DNA of 64,000 nucleotides from Bacteroidales bacterium UBA1192. Its GTDB lineage: Bacteria; Bacteroidota; Bacteroidia; Bacteroidales; Bacteroidaceae. The stretch lies in contig DBYG01000044.1 of NCBI GenBank assembly GCA_002310175.1, forward strand, positions 39,801 through 103,800, read 5' to 3'. This document shows, piece after piece, positions 61,295 to 64,000 of this stretch (the stretch's first letter is position 1; every line of letters begins with the position of its first letter). The notes under the pieces were generated by a model. It was not told the origin of the DNA, did no database searches, and saw only the letters and a list, made by a program, of their open reading frames with translations. The position numbers and the translations under genes were made by a program.

Positions 61295-64000
61295 ATGAAA
61301 AGACTATTAGCTTTCATGGTAATGTCCCATTTGCTCATGTTCCATGGGCTTATGGCACAACGTTCGTTCAGCTATACGGTTGACCAGCTTTCGGACAATA
61401 GGATACACGCCATCTGTCAGGATTCAATAGGTTTTGTCTGGATAGGGACTGAGAACGGACTGAACAAGTTTGACGGATACCGTTTCTATCAGTATTTTCC
61501 CGATGAATCTGATTCCCTGTCACTCATAAGCAACTATGTGCGCAGTCTCTGTCGGGACCGTGGCGGACGTCTCTGGATAGGCCTTAACAGGGGAATCCAG
61601 TACATGAATCCCGGTGAGAACATATTTCACAAGGTTGAGTTTCCTGGGGACAACCGCCCGTACGTACAGCAGATAACCCAGTTCATGGATGGACGTATAT
61701 GGATTGCAACCTTGGGATCGGGTATCTTTGTCATAGATCCTCTGAATCCTGACAAGGCAGAGTATCTGACATCCGTAAATTCGGTGACTGAGACTAACGG
61801 CGTCTTTCGTGCCATTCTTGAGGATGAGCAGGGTGTAGTGTGGTTAGCCTCTTCCCAGGGTCTATGGCGTTATGAACCTGCCTCTGAGAGTATGACACTG
61901 TTCATGCCTGACATCATAAACGGAGATGTGGTGGGACTTAACATGGACAGCAAAGGTGATATTTTCATAACAACCAGGCGTGACGTCTATCTCTGGCACT
62001 CATCCGGGAGTAGTGTTGAAAAGATAAGTCCCTCCGAGGGCATAAGGGAGATAACCCACTCATTCATGGATCCTGATGATGAATTCATGATATCCATCCG
62101 CGGAAACGGCCTGCTTGTCTATGACAGGAATGCGCACAGGATGCACCGTATGCCGCGTGAAACGGCTGAACGTGTACTGGACCGGCTGGATGTAAGTGCC
62201 ATGTATATGGACAAGTCCGGCAACCGTTGGGTGGGATGTTTCCTCTCTCAACTCATGCTCTTTGCCAACGATGATGACCGCAGTACGGTCAAATACTGGC
62301 ATTTCTCGGATTACCGGGAGGCGGTTTCCGGAACCGTTACCTCCCTAGTGTCCGATGATGACGGCAATCTGTGGATAGGTTATAACAATAACGGTCTGAC
62401 TGAAATGTCCCCTGACGGGAATATGATCCTCAAGGGTGATCCTACCTCATATGCCAACTCACTTTTCATGGACAGCCATAAGCGTATATGGGTGGGGCAG
62501 TACAGCGGCGGTCTATATCTGCTTAACCGGAAGACAGGTGAGCTGGAAAATAAGGTGCGTAATGAGATTACCTCCGTTTCCGCTATAGCTGAAGACCATC
62601 AGGGACGTATCTATTTTGCCGAGCCTGGCGACGGCTTCAGCCAGCTTGATCCTCAGGATATGAAGGTGAGCCATTACTCCTCGATTGCCAGACACTCCAA
62701 CGGTCAGTGGTTGAGCAACGAATGGATATACTCCATGTCGGTTGACGGACAGAATCGCCTCTGGCTGGGTCATGACAACGGTGCGGACTGTTTTGACATT
62801 GATCAGGGAAACTTTATGAGGTTGACCTCTCTCAAGAATGCAATAGGTTCCTCAAGTTGCAGGGCCATTCTCTCTGACTCCAACGGGCTGATTTGGTTCG
62901 GAACCAGCAACGGTCTGTTCCTTTATGACCCTGAATTGGGCAGCACCAGACGTTTCGGACAGGAAGATGGCTTGATTAGCAATGACATACGCGGTATAAT
63001 GGAGGATAATACCGGAAGCATCTGGGTGAGCACCCGTTCCGGTTATAACATGATAGATCCCGGTACTTACCGTCTGAGCCTTTATCTTTCTGATGAGTCC
63101 TTGTATAACAACGTGTCTATCTTCGATGTAAAGTCCGGTATCATATACTCCGGCGGCAATTACGGAATCTGTCTGTTCAAACCTGAGAATATAGTAAGCA
63201 GGTCAGTCCTCAACGGTGTGCTTGTTACCGGTCTCTATCTCAATGAACGCCGTGTAACAGCCCAGAACCTCTCGGGCAAGCGTCAGATCTCAGGAAAACC
63301 GCTCGTCATGACGGACAGGATAAACCTTGCATATAAGGACAACTCTTTCACCATGGAGCTGAGTACTCTTAATTACGGTTTCGAGAACGGAATCTCATAC
63401 GAGTACACCTTGGACGAGAAGGGACGTGACGGTTGGTCAAGTACACCGGCCGGTGTGAACAGGATCAGTTTCTACAAGCTCGGTTACGGCAAGAAAACTC
63501 TTCATGTCAGGGCGCGTCTCAACGATACCGTATCGGAGGTAAGGAAATATATGATCCGTATAGCCCCGCCCTGGTACGCCACACCGTTCGCTTATGCGTT
63601 CTACTTCATCATAGTGGCGGTGCTTGCTACAGTCATATATCTGGTTTACAGGGATAGGAGAGCCAAGAAGGAGAACGAGACAAAACTGGATTCATTCATC
63701 AATGTGGCCCATGAGATATGTGCTCCCATGACGATGGTAATCTCACCCTTGGAGGAGATGCTGGAGGATGAGACCATATCGGAGGAAAATATGTCACAGC
63801 TACGTCTTATCCACAAGAATTCCACCAGGATACTGTCGCTCGTGAACCAGTTGCTTGACATAAGGAAATATGATGAGGGCAGCATGCAGCTGCGTTTTGC
63901 TGAAACGGACCTGGTCAATTTCCTCATGGGACCGTTTGACCTTTACACCCAATCGGCTGAACACAGGGGGATAACATATACGTTCCGTCACGTTATGCCT
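61295..64000 (+). CDS. HTCS-type hybrid sensor (two-component-regulator propeller repeats + Y_Y_Y + TM + HisKA...), 3' end outside window
   Basis: Not in the ORF track because no stop codon is reached. Hand translation from the ATG at 61295 (MKRLLAFMVMSHLLMFHGLMAQ...) is open for 902 codons to nt 64000. It has repeated GxxWIGT/WxGxxxGL propeller motifs, a TM (FAYAFYFIIVAVLATVIYLV) and an H-box (NVAHEICAPMTMV). Confidence 0.85.
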   Translation, partial: MKRLLAFMVMSHLLMFHGLMAQRSFSYTVDQLSDNRIHAICQDSIGFVWIGTENGLNKFDGYRFYQYFPDESDSLSLISNYVRSLCRDRGGRLWIGLNRGIQYMNPGENIFHKVEFPGDNRPYVQQITQFMDGRIWIATLGSGIFVIDPLNPDKAEYLTSVNSVTETNGVFRAILEDEQGVVWLASSQGLWRYEPASESMTLFMPDIINGDVVGLNMDSKGDIFITTRRDVYLWHSSGSSVEKISPSEGIREITHSFMDPDDEFMISIRGNGLLVYDRNAHRMHRMPRETAERVLDRLDVSAMYMDKSGNRWVGCFLSQLMLFANDDDRSTVKYWHFSDYREAVSGTVTSLVSDDDGNLWIGYNNNGLTEMSPDGNMILKGDPTSYANSLFMDSHKRIWVGQYSGGLYLLNRKTGELENKVRNEITSVSAIAEDHQGRIYFAEPGDGFSQLDPQDMKVSHYSSIARHSNGQWLSNEWIYSMSVDGQNRLWLGHDNGADCFDIDQGNFMRLTSLKNAIGSSSCRAILSDSNGLIWFGTSNGLFLYDPELGSTRRFGQEDGLISNDIRGIMEDNTGSIWVSTRSGYNMIDPGTYRLSLYLSDESLYNNVSIFDVKSGIIYSGGNYGICLFKPENIVSRSVLNGVLVTGLYLNERRVTAQNLSGKRQISGKPLVMTDRINLAYKDNSFTMELSTLNYGFENGISYEYTLDEKGRDGWSSTPAGVNRISFYKLGYGKKTLHVRARLNDTVSEVRKYMIRIAPPWYATPFAYAFYFIIVAVLATVIYLVYRDRRAKKENETKLDSFINVAHEICAPMTMVISPLEEMLEDETISEENMSQLRLIHKNSTRILSLVNQLLDIRKYDEGSMQLRFAETDLVNFLMGPFDLYTQSAEHRGITYTFRHVMP

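Noticed and set aside
1-64000. Search for tRNA, rRNA, tmRNA and other structured RNA genes in intergenic regions over 100 nt: 2641-2980, 8146-8448, 10962-11074, 38551-38857, 43644-43811, 54451-54618 and 61012-61294.
   Set aside because: I recognised no cloverleaf-compatible sequence or conserved rRNA blocks. These regions are explained by promoters, terminators and the repeats listed above.

Overview
This 64-kb chromosomal segment reads like a Bacteroidales (Bacteroidota) genome. TAnnTTTG -7 promoter boxes sit 20-60 nt upstream of most first genes, and the window has a fused FeoA-FeoB, an HTCS-type sensor, a fimbrillin-like lipoprotein and many CAZymes. I support 47 protein genes plus one 16-codon leader peptide. 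I recognised no rRNA, tRNA, CRISPR array, transposase or integrase.

Gene order: a GH30-like hydrolase (5' cut by the window edge); stand-alone trpB2 behind a Trp-codon leader peptide and terminator; a rhodanese-MBL lipoprotein; an AMP-ligase and a fabF-fabZ-thioesterase block; two esterases; DUF4332; a second AMP-ligase; TlpA-like plus a TonB-dependent receptor; a six-gene aromatic amino-acid operon (pheA-aroB-aroC-aroA-tyrA-DAHP synthase); GH3. Next comes a roughly 12-kb AT-richer signalling island with 3 histidine kinases, a kinase-less TPR paralogue, 2 receiver-only proteins, a 7TM-AraC protein and a fimbrillin-like lipoprotein. After it: a GMP synthase ATP-PPase-only gene; feoAB plus a small Cys-rich gene; pepP; DUF3108; a Gly/Phe-repeat protein; GH3; dcp; a beta-helix protein; a C11 peptidase; a COG1900/NIL-ferredoxin/UPF0280 homocysteine-type cluster; GH115; an SGNH-CotH-Gly-rich operon; and an HTCS sensor open to the window end that is absent from the ORF track.

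The most interesting signals are: (1) the disassembled two-component island; (2) Gly/Phe low-complexity modules inserted in at least four unrelated exported proteins; (3) the WWW leader-peptide attenuator before trpB2; (4) the methanogen-type homocysteine genes; (5) a 28-nt palindromic repeat found once in an intergenic region and once inside the feoAB linker.

All family calls are by eye from motifs. No searches were run.
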